Source: Eledone cirrhosa
Taxonomy: Eukaryota
Length of the DNA stretch: 64,000 bases
Direction of reading: 5' to 3'
Assembly (NCBI GenBank): GCA_964016885.1
Contig: OZ024750.1
Coordinates: 52,390,001-52,454,000, forward strand
Shown in pieces: positions 48,701 through 60,114 of this stretch. Both the position numbers and the translations under genes were made by a program. Every line of letters begins with the position of its first letter. Position 1 is the stretch's first letter. Under the pieces are notes generated by a model. It was not told the origin of the DNA, searched no databases, and worked only from the letters and a program-made list of their open reading frames with translations.

Positions 48701-51700
48701 CCAGTATGACCACTTTACAGGGTAGACTGGGTGATGTTTCCTTGTGGTACCAGTATGACCACTTTACAGGGTAGACTGGGTGATGTTTCCTTGTGGTACC
48801 AGTATGACCACTTTACAGGGTAGACTGGGTGATGTTTCCTTGTGGTACCAGTATGACCACTTTACAGGGTAGACTGGGTGATGTTTCCTTGTGGTACCAG
48901 TATGACCACTTTACAGGGTAGACTGGGTGATTTTATTGTGTCATCAGCACCTTTACTTTAAAATGTGAATCATTGTTTTATGCTGATTCTTCCATAATTG
49001 CATGGCTTTGATATATGTGTGTGTGAAGATATGTAACCTAGTGGTTAGGGTGTTGGACTTACGATCATGTTGTTGTGGGTTCAATTCTTGGACTGGGTTG
49101 TGTGTTGTGTTCTTGAGCAAAACACTTCATTTCATGTTGTTCCAGTATACTCAGCTGAAAAGGAGTAACAACAACAGCTGGGGGTTTAAACCTGCGATGG
49201 ACTGGCGTCCTGTCCAGGGGAGAGTCTTGTACTTTCAGTTGTTTCACACAATGGAAGCACTGGACTCAAGACAGACTTTAGACTTTTAGTATGTGTATAT
49301 ATATTGTGTGTATGTATATATATATATATCATTTTATTTATTGATCTCAGACTAAAGAAAGCTTTAGAAAAAGGTGTGGAACGAGGATTATGGGAACAAG
49401 TGACTGGAACAGGAGCTTCTGGAACTTTCAGACTTCTTATTGATGAATTCAATCCTGGAAAATGTGAGTAAATAATTCAAACTTTTTTTTATTTAAGAAT
49501 CTTTATAACTATTTGTGTACAATGCGTATACCCTTGTACACAATGCGTATACCCTTGTACACAATGCGTATACCCTTGTACACAAATGTGTTTCATTTAA
49601 TATTGGTTAAGAAGTTCACTTTGGAACCACATGAGTTTGGGTATTATAACCTCGAGTTTATTAGTGAAATTTGGTAGACAGAGATTGTACAGAAATCCAT
49701 CATGTGAATAGCAGGGAGCATGGACATTAAATGATGGTGATGATGATTTCAAGGGAAATGGATGTGTGTGACCATGTTTGTGGTTACATCTACAAACTGT
49801 GCTACTTGGTTCTATAATCATACTGGCAATATAGAGATCAATGAAATAAATTTCTAAAAAAGAGATTAAGTACTGGAGTTGATGTAATTACTAAAGTGTT
49901 GATGGTGATGCTTCAGCATGGCTGCAGTCAGTGACTGAAGTCAGTAAAAGAGTGTGTGTGTGTTTGTATATACCCATGCTAGCATGGAAAATGGATGTTA
50001 AACAATGATGATATATATATATATCATTGTTGTTTTTATGTCCATGGTGACAACATTTTCAGTCACCTCTTATGATATATAGGGACAGCATACTTATTCT
50101 AAAAACTGAGATACACCACACACACACACACATATATATATATATAATCACCATCATTTAACGTCTATTTTTAAATGTCTATATTTATCTAAAAAAAATT
50201 TCCACCAGAATCTTTTGTAGAAGAACTTTTTAAATTGTTATGTTCCAAACACCAGCTTAATAATAAGAGAGTTAGTTGTACTAAATCCTTCCAAATTCTT
50301 AAATAGAAAATTCTAGACAATGTCTTTCATTAGCAAAAGAGTTACTGCTATCTATGAGTAGTAAGTACTGAGATGTCATGTAATAACTAATTTTCTCTTA
50401 TATTAATATCTTGTATACTGCTGGAGTGTCTTCATGTAATAACTAATTCTCACTTCTATTTAGTTTAAAATCCTGTGTACTACTGTGATACCTTTGTTTA
50501 ATGACTAACTCTCTTTTTATCTGTGATTCAGGTGAGACTGTGGAAGATATGGTGTGTCTGGCTATTGTTGCTACCCATGAACCAAAGCAAGCTTCTGCTC
50601 TGTTAATCAAGCGTTACGTGCAAGAGTTCCATCAAGATTTCAACATTGAGACCCGACCACATCTCTTTAAAAATGCAATTAGTAGGGCTGTTAAGAAGAA
50701 CATCATCAAGTAATTACTCTTTCCTTTCACTGTTTCTTCTAAACTTTTGTTGTGCTGGATTACTGCTGGCTTTCCTTTCCAATATTGATGTCGTTTGGAA
50801 AGATGTGAACACCACAACTGCTACATCTTTCACAATCTTACATTATCACCTGACACCGGTGGAGATACATGTGAATGTATTAGTGTATGTGATGGCACCT
50901 GGCCCAGTGCTTAGTAATCATAAGGTCGTGGGTTTGATTCCTGGATCGAGCTGCACATTGTGCTCTTGATCAAAATATTTCAATTCACATTGCTTTTCAT
51001 GATAGGACTGGGAACTCTTATTAAAACACCTGAGAACCCTCATATGAGATGCAATTTCAGAGGAGTCCAGATAAACCTACATAGGTTTGATCTGCGTGTG
51101 TAAACATATTGTGGATTGGGAGGGAGGGGGGGGGGTGAAGAAGTTTGCTTCTCAATCATGTGGTTTGTGGTTCAATCCTGCTTGGAAAAGCAGACATAAA
51201 ACAAAATGATATAGAATTATGAAATTATATTTCCTTCAGTTGTATCTTCCACCAAATCAGGATGGGGTCATAATGCGTGAGGAAGGAGCCCTGTGAGGTT
51301 GATGTGGAATAGCTGATGTAGCATGTCTTGCCGGCAATGCTTTCACCTTGTCTGTGGGGAACAACAGTTTAAATATACCATCCAGCGAAGAGTGTAGAGT
51401 TTGTCACTCCCAATTTCTTTATTTTTGTCTTTATGATATTATAAGCACTTCTTGAAAATTTGAAGTACATAAAATGCACTCAACACATTTTGTTAAGTGA
51501 TAGTGCTGGTGCGACAATAAAACACACCAAGTATGTAAAGTGTTCGGTATTAGAAAGAGCACATAGAAACTGTGCCAAATAGAATGTCCAACCCATGCCA
51601 GCATGGAGGACAGATGTAAAACAGTGATGTTGATGATGATATCTAAAAGATTGTTTTTATTTACTCTTTTTAAGGCAATTGTCTGGTATTGGTGCCAGTG

Positions 51701-51891
51701 GTACGTTTCAACTAATACTACAATACGGACCGTCCCCTGCCATGTTGGCTGGTAACCAAGAGGAAGATGATGCTGGCCGGGGCAGCAGTGATGATGATGA
51801 ACCTGCCGAACAGTATTATGTCCGACCAACCAAATCTCGTGGTCGAGGGCGTGGTGTCAAAATGATCATTGGCAAGAAAGCCAAGCGATGA
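36396..51891 (+). CDS. HP1BP3: HP1BP3-like linker-histone protein (RFX-like winged helix + 3 H15 domains), 570 aa; join(36396..36730,38501..38624,40248..40415,41364..41495,42565..42711,45207..45348,47747..47903,49351..49463,50532..50709,51675..51891)
   Basis: All introns GT-AG with matching phases (2,0,0,0,0,1,2,1,2); total 1713 nt ending in TGA; motifs FPLAITFMSEPKEASVSRIKRYI, LKKALEKGVERGLWEQVTGTGASGTFRL, EPKQASALLIKRYV..QLSGIGASGTFQL match HP1BP3 globular domains. Confidence 0.85.
36805..37580. repeat. 48-bp minisatellite (~16 copies) derived from the RTE/SINE 3'-tail motif
   Basis: CCAGTACACTCTGTAAAGTGGTAGTGTTGGTGCCAGGATAAAATATAC resembles AAAAGCACCCAGCCCACACTGTAAAGTGG at ~3955-3985. Confidence 0.9.
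38501..38624 (+). CDS. HP1BP3: Coding exon 2 (RFX-like helices)
   Basis: TTGTAG|G..AAG|GTAAAA; WLDDNFEERDSTSISMLILYDYYAETCQLDASKVVDIPNFKK. Confidence 0.8.
39060..39385 (-). mobile_element. SINE family B copy
   Basis: Reverse complement of 27705-28030. Confidence 0.8.
40248..40415 (+). CDS. HP1BP3: Coding exon 3
   Basis: AATAG|ATT..CCT|GTATCC; IVRQKFGKGIGIKDTSAYKG..MKDIIDEALKESGNP. Confidence 0.82.
40416..41363 (+). other. U12-type (minor spliceosome) GT-AG intron
   Basis: 5' site GTATCCTTTT; branch-like TTTTTCTTAAC ending 12 nt before the exon; no polypyrimidine tract (AAAGTGGTTCAG). Confidence 0.85.
41364..41495 (+). CDS. HP1BP3: Coding exon 4 (H15 domain 1)
   Basis: KKGVRFHWLKQYIGAKYPALRVDLKPGLLKVALERGVRFGSVQL; donor GTGAGT. 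Confidence 0.85.
41539..42285 (+). repeat. 44-bp minisatellite (~13 copies) of a SINE-A-type head, followed by the SINE body
   Basis: Unit ATGTGGGAGAGTGGTGGATTGGTAGTATCAGTAGAGTGTCTAAC matches head GGATTGGCAGTATCGGTAGAG; B box and tail at 42110-42285. Confidence 0.85.
42565..42711 (+). CDS. HP1BP3: Coding exon 5
   Basis: TTTTCAG|GTT..GAA|GTAAGT; VRGIGYCGFYRL (H15 wing) then acidic linker. Confidence 0.85.
43250..44500 (+). mobile_element. Older degenerate copy of the PHD-bearing RTE family
   Basis: EEFKTGCSWELLCADDL, CKSWVHKRC..FVCRGC, (GAT)n-like end. Confidence 0.82.
45207..45348 (+). CDS. HP1BP3: Coding exon 6 (acidic then basic linker)
   Basis: TATCAG|GAT..AAAG|GTGATT; DAGENGSDEKKDD..KKTRKRKSTKDESSKTAKKSRKAKK. 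Confidence 0.8.
46215..46401 (-). mobile_element. SINE family A copy
   Basis: Matches 10970-11151. Confidence 0.82.
46430..47052. mobile_element. Head-to-head pair of a tRNA-head/RTE-tail SINE (full-length on -, 5'-truncated on +)
   Basis: 46444-46710 is a near-perfect reverse complement of 46780-47047; tail matches the RTE 3' UTR. Confidence 0.9.
47170..47636 (+). mobile_element. RTE 3' fragment
   Basis: ETWAATAEDMWRLERNEAGMLRWMCNV..RGRPRKT. Confidence 0.82.
47747..47903 (+). CDS. HP1BP3: Coding exon 7 (H15 domain 2)
   Basis: TTGTAG|GG..AG|GTAAGC; IEDTFPLAITFMSEPKEASVSRIKRYIQDFYP. Confidence 0.88.
48268..48935. repeat. 49-bp minisatellite (~13 copies) inside an antisense RTE-tail element starting ~48115
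   Basis: GACCACTTTACAGGGTAGACTGGGTGGTGTTTCCTTGTGGTACCAGTAT. Confidence 0.92.
49025..49260 (+). mobile_element. tRNA-derived SINE with V-domain-like segment
   Basis: CCTAGTGGTTAGGG..GGGTTCAATTC..TTCTTGAGCAAAACACTT..CCTGCGATGGACTGGCGTCCTGTCCAGGGG. Confidence 0.65.
49351..49463 (+). CDS. HP1BP3: Coding exon 8
   Basis: CTCAG|A..T|GTGAGT; LKKALEKGVERGLWEQVTGTGASGTFRLL. Confidence 0.9.
50532..50709 (+). CDS. HP1BP3: Coding exon 9 (H15 domain 3)
   Basis: TTCAG|GT..AA|GTAATT; VEDMVCLAIVATHEPKQASALLIKRYV..RPHLFKNAISRAV. Confidence 0.88.
51675..51891 (+). CDS. HP1BP3: Coding exon 10 (last)
   Basis: TTTTTAAG|G; QLSGIGASGTFQL..SRGRGRGVKMIIGKKAKR*. Confidence 0.88.
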
Positions 51892-52520
51892 AAACCCTGA
51901 ACTCTTTTTTTCATCATCTTTCCCTATTAAAAAAAGAGTGCCACTTGTCAGTCGTTTGAGATGATTTTAAAGAAAAATCAGTATATATATATGTATATAT
52001 ATATACATACACACACACACATATATATATAAATATTTATATATACATATGTATATGAATATATATATATATATACACACATATATATATAAATATTTAT
52101 ATATACATATGTATACATACACATATATATATGTATATATATATGTATTATATATATATGCGTAATATACATACCTACATACATAATTTACATGATGCCA
52201 ACCCCATTTTTTTACATCTTCAGTCATCCTGCATCAGTTCACAGAATCATAACATCTGGCTTTACTTGTTGTCACCATCTCCATATTTCTCAGTTGTATT
52301 AGAGAGCCATTATATCCTTACTCACTCAACCTCGCTCTGTATGTCTGTGTTTATATGTGTTTGTGAGCGGACATGTGTACATGTGTGTGGTGTGTGTTTA
52401 AGATTAATTTAATTTTTTTTATCCCACCCATATTTTGTCAGAACAATCACCATGAAAGCAAGCAACAATGAATATATTCTGTCTTGAATGTTTTGTAAAG
52501 ATAGTTTTAATTATGTTTTA

Positions 52521-53237
52521 AATAAAACATAACAAAATGACCCTTATATTCCACTTCTCCCACAACATTCACCACCCTTCGTTATAATCTCAGTTTTTGA
52601 TTGCATTTATATATTTTGTTTTTACCATCAGATTCTGGTGGTTATCTCTCTTTTAATTATTTCATTTCATTTAATTATGCTTTCTTTTTATATTTGTATA
52701 ATAAAATACACACTTGGTTGACGTATTTAATCTCAAGTTAGTTTTATTCCACATTTCAAAAGTCTTTTCTGCCAGGAGTTCTGGCAGAAAGTGTCTGGGA
52801 AGACCAATGGTGGAAGCATTGTCTCCTTGGTCCTATATAACAGTTGGCTCTTTTTTTGTTTCGTTTTATTTTTATTTATTTTTTCATTAAAGATTCTCAC
52901 TTGTTTATTAAAATAAAAACAATAGTCAAACTATTTGAGGAAATTTTGTGGTTTCAAACATTTAAAAAAAACTTAACTATTTTTCATGTCATTAGTAAAT
53001 ATATCTTTTCATAACTTTTTAACTGGTCATGTTAGCAAAACTTTAGTGACTACAGCTACTATTACTACAACTACTACAAATCAGCACAATATAGTATTTA
53101 CAGATATCGAATCAATATATTGGTTGAGTAGCAGCAGACAGAACAGTGATTTATTGGGGTGGGGGGAAGTATTGCAATTTTGTATATTATTTTACTTCTT
53201 TGTGCTTTGTTTTATATAAATTTATATATATATATAT

Positions 53238-53281
<44 letters not shown>

Positions 53282-53468
53282 TTATATATATATGTGTGTG
53301 TATGTTTATATATATGTTTATATTTGTATATGTTTATATATATATATGTTTATATTTGTATATATTTATATATATATATTTACATATATTATATATTTAT
53401 ATATATATATTATATATTATATTTATATATGTATGTATGTGTATATATAAATGTATATATATATATAT

Positions 53469-53519
<51 letters not shown>

Positions 53520-53790
53520 TGAGGTGATCATGTAACCATATATTTTCATGTGACAACTTTCACTGCATTCTCTCTCTCCTCCTCTCTCAGTGACTACACT
53601 TCTGTTTTTCTGTCACAATCACTAGTGTGTGTTTAAATCTATGGAAATGTTTTTGACTTGTGTATATGGAAAAAACTCTGGATGTTGAAATTTATTCCTT
53701 AACACTTATCATAGAAAAACAGATTTTCAGTTTTCAAAAGAAAAAAAATGTTTCTTTATATACAAAAAATATATATAAATGAATAAAGAA
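52521..53790 (+). terminator. Candidate polyadenylation signals in the 3' UTR
   Basis: AATAAA at ~52521, ~52700, ~52912 and ~53782; the sequence is AT-rich, so specificity is low. Confidence 0.35.
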
Positions 53791-55210
53791 GTTACTATTT
53801 TGAATGTCTCAAAAGCAGTAACAAATTATATAGTGTTTATATTATAGTTGTATTGTCTTTCTAAATTATTTGCTTAAATTACCATTATTATTATTATTAT
53901 TCATTGGAACATTTATTTTGTAATTAGTACACACTTCTGTAATTAAGCACAGGTAAGGGAGAGTTGTTTTGTTTTTGAATGAGAAACTTATTTCATTTAA
54001 TGTAGCACACACATGTCTCATCATTTTACATAGATCTTATCCATGTTAACATGGGTTGGACATGTAATTAGTATCCAAGTCAGAACTTTAGTAGCTCAGA
54101 TTAATTCTTAACTCACTTTAAAACATTCCTGTGACTATCACATTAAAACATTGAAATCTTTACTGTAAAACTCAAATTTTCACAAGAATCTATCCACTAG
54201 ATATTTGAAACACTTCAGTTAATAAACACTGTTAAATCTTTACAGGATATTAGAACTACTGTCTTGCTCTGTAATGACCTTCCAACAGATGCCAGCATGA
54301 CGATGGTGCTGATTATATATCTTAACACATATGAAGATTAGTACATCCATTTCAGAATAATATTAAGAGCAAATTAGTATATATACTCTTCACATACATG
54401 TCTCCTTGTGGTTAATTGGATGATATACACGTGTTCTGATGAGGGTCCAATTAGATCTGAAAATCTTTATCATTTTCTCAATTTATAGGGAAATTTGTAT
54501 TTTCTGGCATGTTAACATGTCTACATCATCGTTTAGTGTCCATTTCTCCATGCTGGGATGCAAGTCTGGCCAGAGTTGGCTATGTCACACCTTGCTCTGG
54601 CGAGGACTAAATTTGGTCAGTTATATTACAGCTGGATGCCTTCCCTAACACCAACCACATTTACAGTATAAATATATATACAGAGTGTAATTGAGACTGC
54701 ACCAATGTGTGTGTGTGTATATATATATATACATACACATGTTGGTGCAGTCTCGTTTACATACTGTATTTATACAGATATAACATATATATATTAATCT
54801 GTTATTTTAATAAATATTTGCTCTAGGGTTCTTATATATTTGATATATTTTTATCCTTATCGAGCCCTCTTTGGATTTTAGTCTTCACATTTATTATTAT
54901 TACTATATATATATATAATAGGTATCAAAAGTTTTAGCTTTTACATAGCAAGTACTATTCAGTTTGAAACGATCACAAAACTAGAGTGAAAGTTAAAAAC
55001 ATTAAGTTTAGAGCAACAGTTATAAAGTGTGACAGCAAGAAAACTGATAGAAAAAGGTTGAAACTAACCTGAGACATCTCAGATAGGTTTCTGGGACCTC
55101 TGGAAGTTATATAATGCAATATTTCCACGATAAAACTGGAGCCCTGTCTTCTGCAGGCTTTGTTCTTATCCAAATTTCAGTATGGCAACAAAGTAGTAAT
55201 TCTGTATTTT

Positions 55211-55306
55211 TGTCTGAGTGCTCGATGAGGGGCCATTTTGGAAGAGTCTCCTCCACTATACAGTTTAGGCCATAACTAGACCCCTAAACCAATGGTTGCA
55301 CATACA
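55211..55306 (+). ncRNA. Degenerate hammerhead-like motif
   Basis: GTGC-TCGATGA-GGGG..CCCC-TAAAC-CAATG-GTT-GCAC, followed by AATAAA; two core changes. Confidence 0.35.
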
Positions 55307-56100
55307 TGTTAAGTGTATGAAACTTTACAATAAATATATATAGAAAATCATAAGTTAGAAACAATATCCGTTAGTGTCTTGTGGGCCTAAAATAATAGCT
55401 ATATACTAGAAATTGTTCAAAGTATCTCAGGTAATGTTTTACCCTCATAATGAAAATTATTTTATACCCTTTGGGATTGATTGATAAAAATTTACACTTC
55501 AGTCTTAATTTTACTTTGCAGAATTATTTATTTGGCTTTGAAATAGTTTTTGTCTTGGTTTCCAAATTAAAATAAATGAAATATAAAACAGGATAATGAA
55601 GCATTTGTTCACAAACAGAAGCTATACATCTTTCAGTTTAACTCTTACTATCCTGGACCACACAAAACCACTTTAGCGAAGCACTGATTTACTATGACTG
55701 CATCACATTAAATATTAAAGTCTTTATTCAAATCTTACACATTGTCACCCCAATTTTCTGTTTATTAGTAAAGATACTATAAACATTTGAATCAACATTA
55801 GTAAAGATATAATAGATATTTGAATTAAACCCATTTATTAGATGAACTATTGCAGTTATACAATATGTGGTCTAGAAGTAGACTTTTCACTACCAAGGAG
55901 TTTCTTCATTAAAATGAATTTTTCACAAACCATAGGTTTTTTAAAAGATATTGCCTACTCAACAATCTCAGACAGATGGTCAGTACTGCTTTCCTTGAGG
56001 TCTACAGGCTGGGAACCATTCATTTAGTCCATTAAGTGAACCCTCCTTATATTTCTAATGAAATACACTGCCTATGATTTTCAATTGGAGCATAACTTAA

Positions 56101-56275
56101 CCCTTTAGACTATATTTACTATTGTATTGTTACAGTAAAGGCTTTATCTCACATAATCTATGAGATTTTGATATTATTTTGAGAACAATACTTTAACATC
56201 AGTATGAATGGCCAGTTTGAACAGAAAGATGTGACAGAATTCTGGCCGGATACAGCTGGTTTAAATGCTAAAGGG
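56101..56275. mobile_element. piggyBac-type MITE nested in a second MITE (~56040-56373)
   Basis: TTAA|CCCTTTAG...CTAAAGGG|TTAA; flanks join to match the 31781-32000 family. Confidence 0.68.
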
Positions 56276-56572
56276 TTAACAAAGGTTCTTACATGAAATT
56301 ATGATAGAAAGTTTTTAGATAACAAAGTTTAGAGTCATAGAACCAGAGATGGTTTTGTATCAAAAGAGTTAATAAGCTTTGAGTGAATGCAATAACAACT
56401 AATTGAATGTTAATGTATTTATATATTTTTAACAGTAATACTAAAAAAAGAAATATGAATTTGATGTGTCTCATTTAACTCAGGAACAACTGGAGTGACA
56501 TTTGAACATAGACAAAACCATATGTTCATTGTACTAAAGTTAATAATTTCTTTTATGTATGATATTAAAGAT

Positions 56573-56754
56573 AATTGTTTCTACTTTTTGGCACAAGGCC
56601 AGCAATTAACCAGTACATTACTGGTACTTTATTTTATCGACCCCATAAGGATGAAAGGCAAAGTTAACCTCGGCGGGATTTGAACTCAGATCATAAAGGG
56701 ACGCAACTACTCTGGAAAGCATGCCTGACCCTCTACCAATACTGCCAATTCACC
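56573..56754 (-). mobile_element. SINE family A copy
   Basis: Matches 10970-11151. Confidence 0.82.
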
Positions 56755-57194
56755 AATGATGGTATTTTAGTGAAATAGATCTTATGAAGTTTCAATGTTT
56801 TTGTTATATTTCTAATGAAATACACTAATTTTTGGATAATTTTGAAAGTAATGAATTTGAATGGATTTAGTAAAATAATTTTCTCATTAAAATGGTGTTT
56901 GAAACAATATATAGAATAGTGATGGAAGTTTTTTAGATAAATATAAACTCTTTAAAATAAACAGCTTAGTCTCATAACATTTGGTGCAATTGCAGGCAGT
57001 TTGATATCAAAAGGGTACAAACGCTATGTTGAATGTAATAATAATAATTGTTTCAATAGACCTGCTTACAAAATTTTAATGATGTTTTTTTATTTGAGAT
57101 TTACTCTGAGACTAACTCCGACATTTATTTGTTTAACACTAATTTCAGTTTTGAAGTGAGGTAAGTTGACTTATGTCTTGTTTTAATATATGGC

Positions 57195-57634
57195 TGCTGT
57201 GTTGTTGATATAAACCATCATAGGGGGCGCTGTGTTGATATAAACCATTCTAGGGGGTGCTGTGTTGATATAAACACCCTTTAGGGGGATTGATTGTTGA
57301 TATAAACCAATATAGGGGGCGCTGTGTTGATATAAACCATTCTAGAGGGTGCTGTGTTGATATAAACCATTATAAGGAGTGCTGTGTTGATATAAACCAT
57401 CATAGGGGGCGCTGTGTTGATGTAAACCATCATAGGGGGCACTGTTGATGTAAACCATTATAGGGAGCGCTGTGTTGTAAACCAATATAGGGGGCGCTGT
57501 GGTGATGTAAACCTATATAGGGGGCACTGTTGATATAAACCAATATAGGGGGCACTGTGTTGTAAACCAATGTAGGGGGCGCTGTGTTGTGGATATAAAC
57601 CAATATAGAGGGCGCTGTGGTGATGTAAACCAAT
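57195..57634. repeat. ~30-bp diverged minisatellite GCTGTGTTGATATAAACCATCATAGGGGGC
   Basis: Tandem units visible. Confidence 0.88.
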
Positions 57635-57649
57635 CAGGGTTTCTATTCT

Positions 57650-58560
57650 CCATCATCATCATTGTTAACATCCATCTTCCATGCTAGGATGGGCTGTCTC
57701 TTTTTGAGGGATCAGGGGACCATGATTCATTCATCCAGAACTGATGCTCTTTCTAACACCAACCATATTTACAGTGTGGGCTGGATAGTTCTTGTCACGA
57801 CACCTATAGTGGGCTGGGCTCTTTTGTCGTGGCTCCAGGGGGGGATCACTTTATAGAGGAGGTGGGGAAAATGCTTGGGGGAATTGGGGTTGTAGGTATA
57901 GGGCAGGTTTATGGTAGGGAATGGTGTTGCCTACTAGGTATTTGCCTCAGCCCTAGAATAATAGAGGGCAGGTCTTCTGTAATAATTTATAGCGCCAGAG
58001 GTCACGGTCCTGTGTCATCACCTTAGTGAGGGCAAAGTCAACTCATATTACCTCATCCCAAGTCTTCCTAGGCCTGCCTACTTCACGGCTACTATCAACT
58101 TTGAGTGCTCTGCATCTTTTTATACAGCTGTCATCCTTCATACGCAACACATGTCCATACCAAAGCAATCTCTCCTGCACACAACATCTGACCCCTCTAT
58201 GCCCAATTTCTTGTGCAGTTAGTTTATGCTTTGCTATTACACATCCATCGAAGCATGGAGGCTTCATTTCTTTCCAATCTTTGCAGGTCCTCAGTACACT
58301 GTGCCCAGGTCTCACTGTGCAACATTGTTGTTTGTATACATGCATCATACAGTCTGCCTTTCATTTTGAGGGAAAAACCTTTTGTAGTTAACAAGAGTAG
58401 TAAATCCCTGAACTTTCTCCAAACCGATTTCACTCTGGCTACTGTATTTTCGGTACCCCCCCCTGCCACTGCTGATTTGGTCACCCAGGTAACAGAAGCT
58501 ATCTACCCCTTTTATAGAGCCCTCTAGGCATTTGAAGGTAATTGTATCTTGAGAGCTCTT
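57650..58560 (-). mobile_element. RTE 3' fragment
   Basis: WRKFRDLL..KGFSLKMKGRLYDACI..RLERNEASMLRWMC..GRPRKTWDEVI. Confidence 0.85.
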
Positions 58561-60114
58561 GCTACTTATTGCTCCTATGTACTGACCATATCGGGACAAT
58601 ATAATTCATCTATATCATTTATAATATCCTCAGGAAATGGATGAATGTCACAACTTCTTGGTTTTCCTCTATAAATCTGTTATTATGCCTGTCTAGGAAA
58701 TGACATGATAATTCTTTCAAACATTAGCACAAGGTCAGCAATTTGATGGGAAGGGAAGTAGAAAGTTGATTACATTGACCCAGTACATAACTGGTACTTT
58801 TATTGACTCCAGAAGGATGAAAGAGAAAGTTGACCTCAGCAGGACTTGAGCTTAGAACATAGAAAGTCATAACTAAATACTGCGAATCCACCAAGCATTT
58901 TAAGGCCATTTTCCCTGCTATCTTCTCCGCATTCAATTGGTCTGTCTGGTCCATTTTGAGGTATAGTGCTCATGCATCGCCATCAAGTGCCATGGAGCTA
59001 GCCATATCTTCGATGCCTTGCAGTGTGGCAACCAATTTTATGTTTCTAATTGAGGCAATAACAGTCCCCTTACTGCTGAAGTCTTTGACTTCATCACTAG
59101 CTATTCTTATTTTCATCGCCATATCGTCTGCAAGATCGGAGAAAATATATAACAAAAAAAAAAGCGGTGCTGAAACAGCTTGTCATGAGGAAGCTTAGAG
59201 ACCAACCTTTGTGTCTCCACTCTCAAGTCTGGATTGAATCTCGCTTCGTGGATGTTCACCTGTTTTATGTCCAGCCAGAACACACAGAGAGTCTCTCACA
59301 CACAATCATTGCACTCACGTCCACATGGTACCCCATCTTGACCAACGAGAGTGTGAAAGGCCTGTCAACTCTGATGTCATGTCACTGGTCCCCCACTTCT
59401 GGCAAGACCTCCTCTGCACTTACGGCACTCTAGCCCCACACCAAGAAATAGGACCAAATATGTATAAGTGGCAATGAACTGGCAGAGTAGTTAAAAAATC
59501 AGATAAAATTCTTTGCGGTATTCATTGTGGATCTCTGTGTTCTGAGTTGAAATCCTGCCAAGGTCAACTTTGCCTTTCATCTTTTCAAGGTCAATAAAGT
59601 ACTGGGGACAAATCTTCCACTATATCTTTATTTTATTTCTTCTCTATCTTTAAGAAATTAGCTGTGTTCAGACCTGGAGAGAGATAGGCTCTGCCAAGTT
59701 TTAAAATGTCCAAGAAACGTATGTCATTACAGAGACCATCAGCTCCATCGGGAGTTATGAGGCTTTAATGTTAAAACAAAAGGCAGTTATGTATATTAAT
59801 ATGTATGTGTCTATCTGCGTGCATGTAGTATACAATTTAAAATCTATGTAACAATGGCACCTTTGTGAGTCCATCTGGTGTTCAGGGTTAATAAATGGAC
59901 GAATGGTGTATATATGAAGCGTGAGTTGATCACAACTCCATATATTTACAGCTTCTTTTAAATGTTACATCCATCCATACACATTTACAGTATCTTTTCT
60001 TTCCAAACTTCTCTGCAGACGGAATACGGGTGCAGTGCCTGCGATTTATGTGTCTTGGGTCACGCTCCTGGGATCAAATTTTGCTACCCTGCATCGATCT
60101 GGGTGGGGAACTAA

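Noticed and set aside
58920-59450. Possible host exon or LINE 5' ribozyme
   Set aside because: Only a weak LADD-containing RT-like remnant; no convincing splice sites or fold
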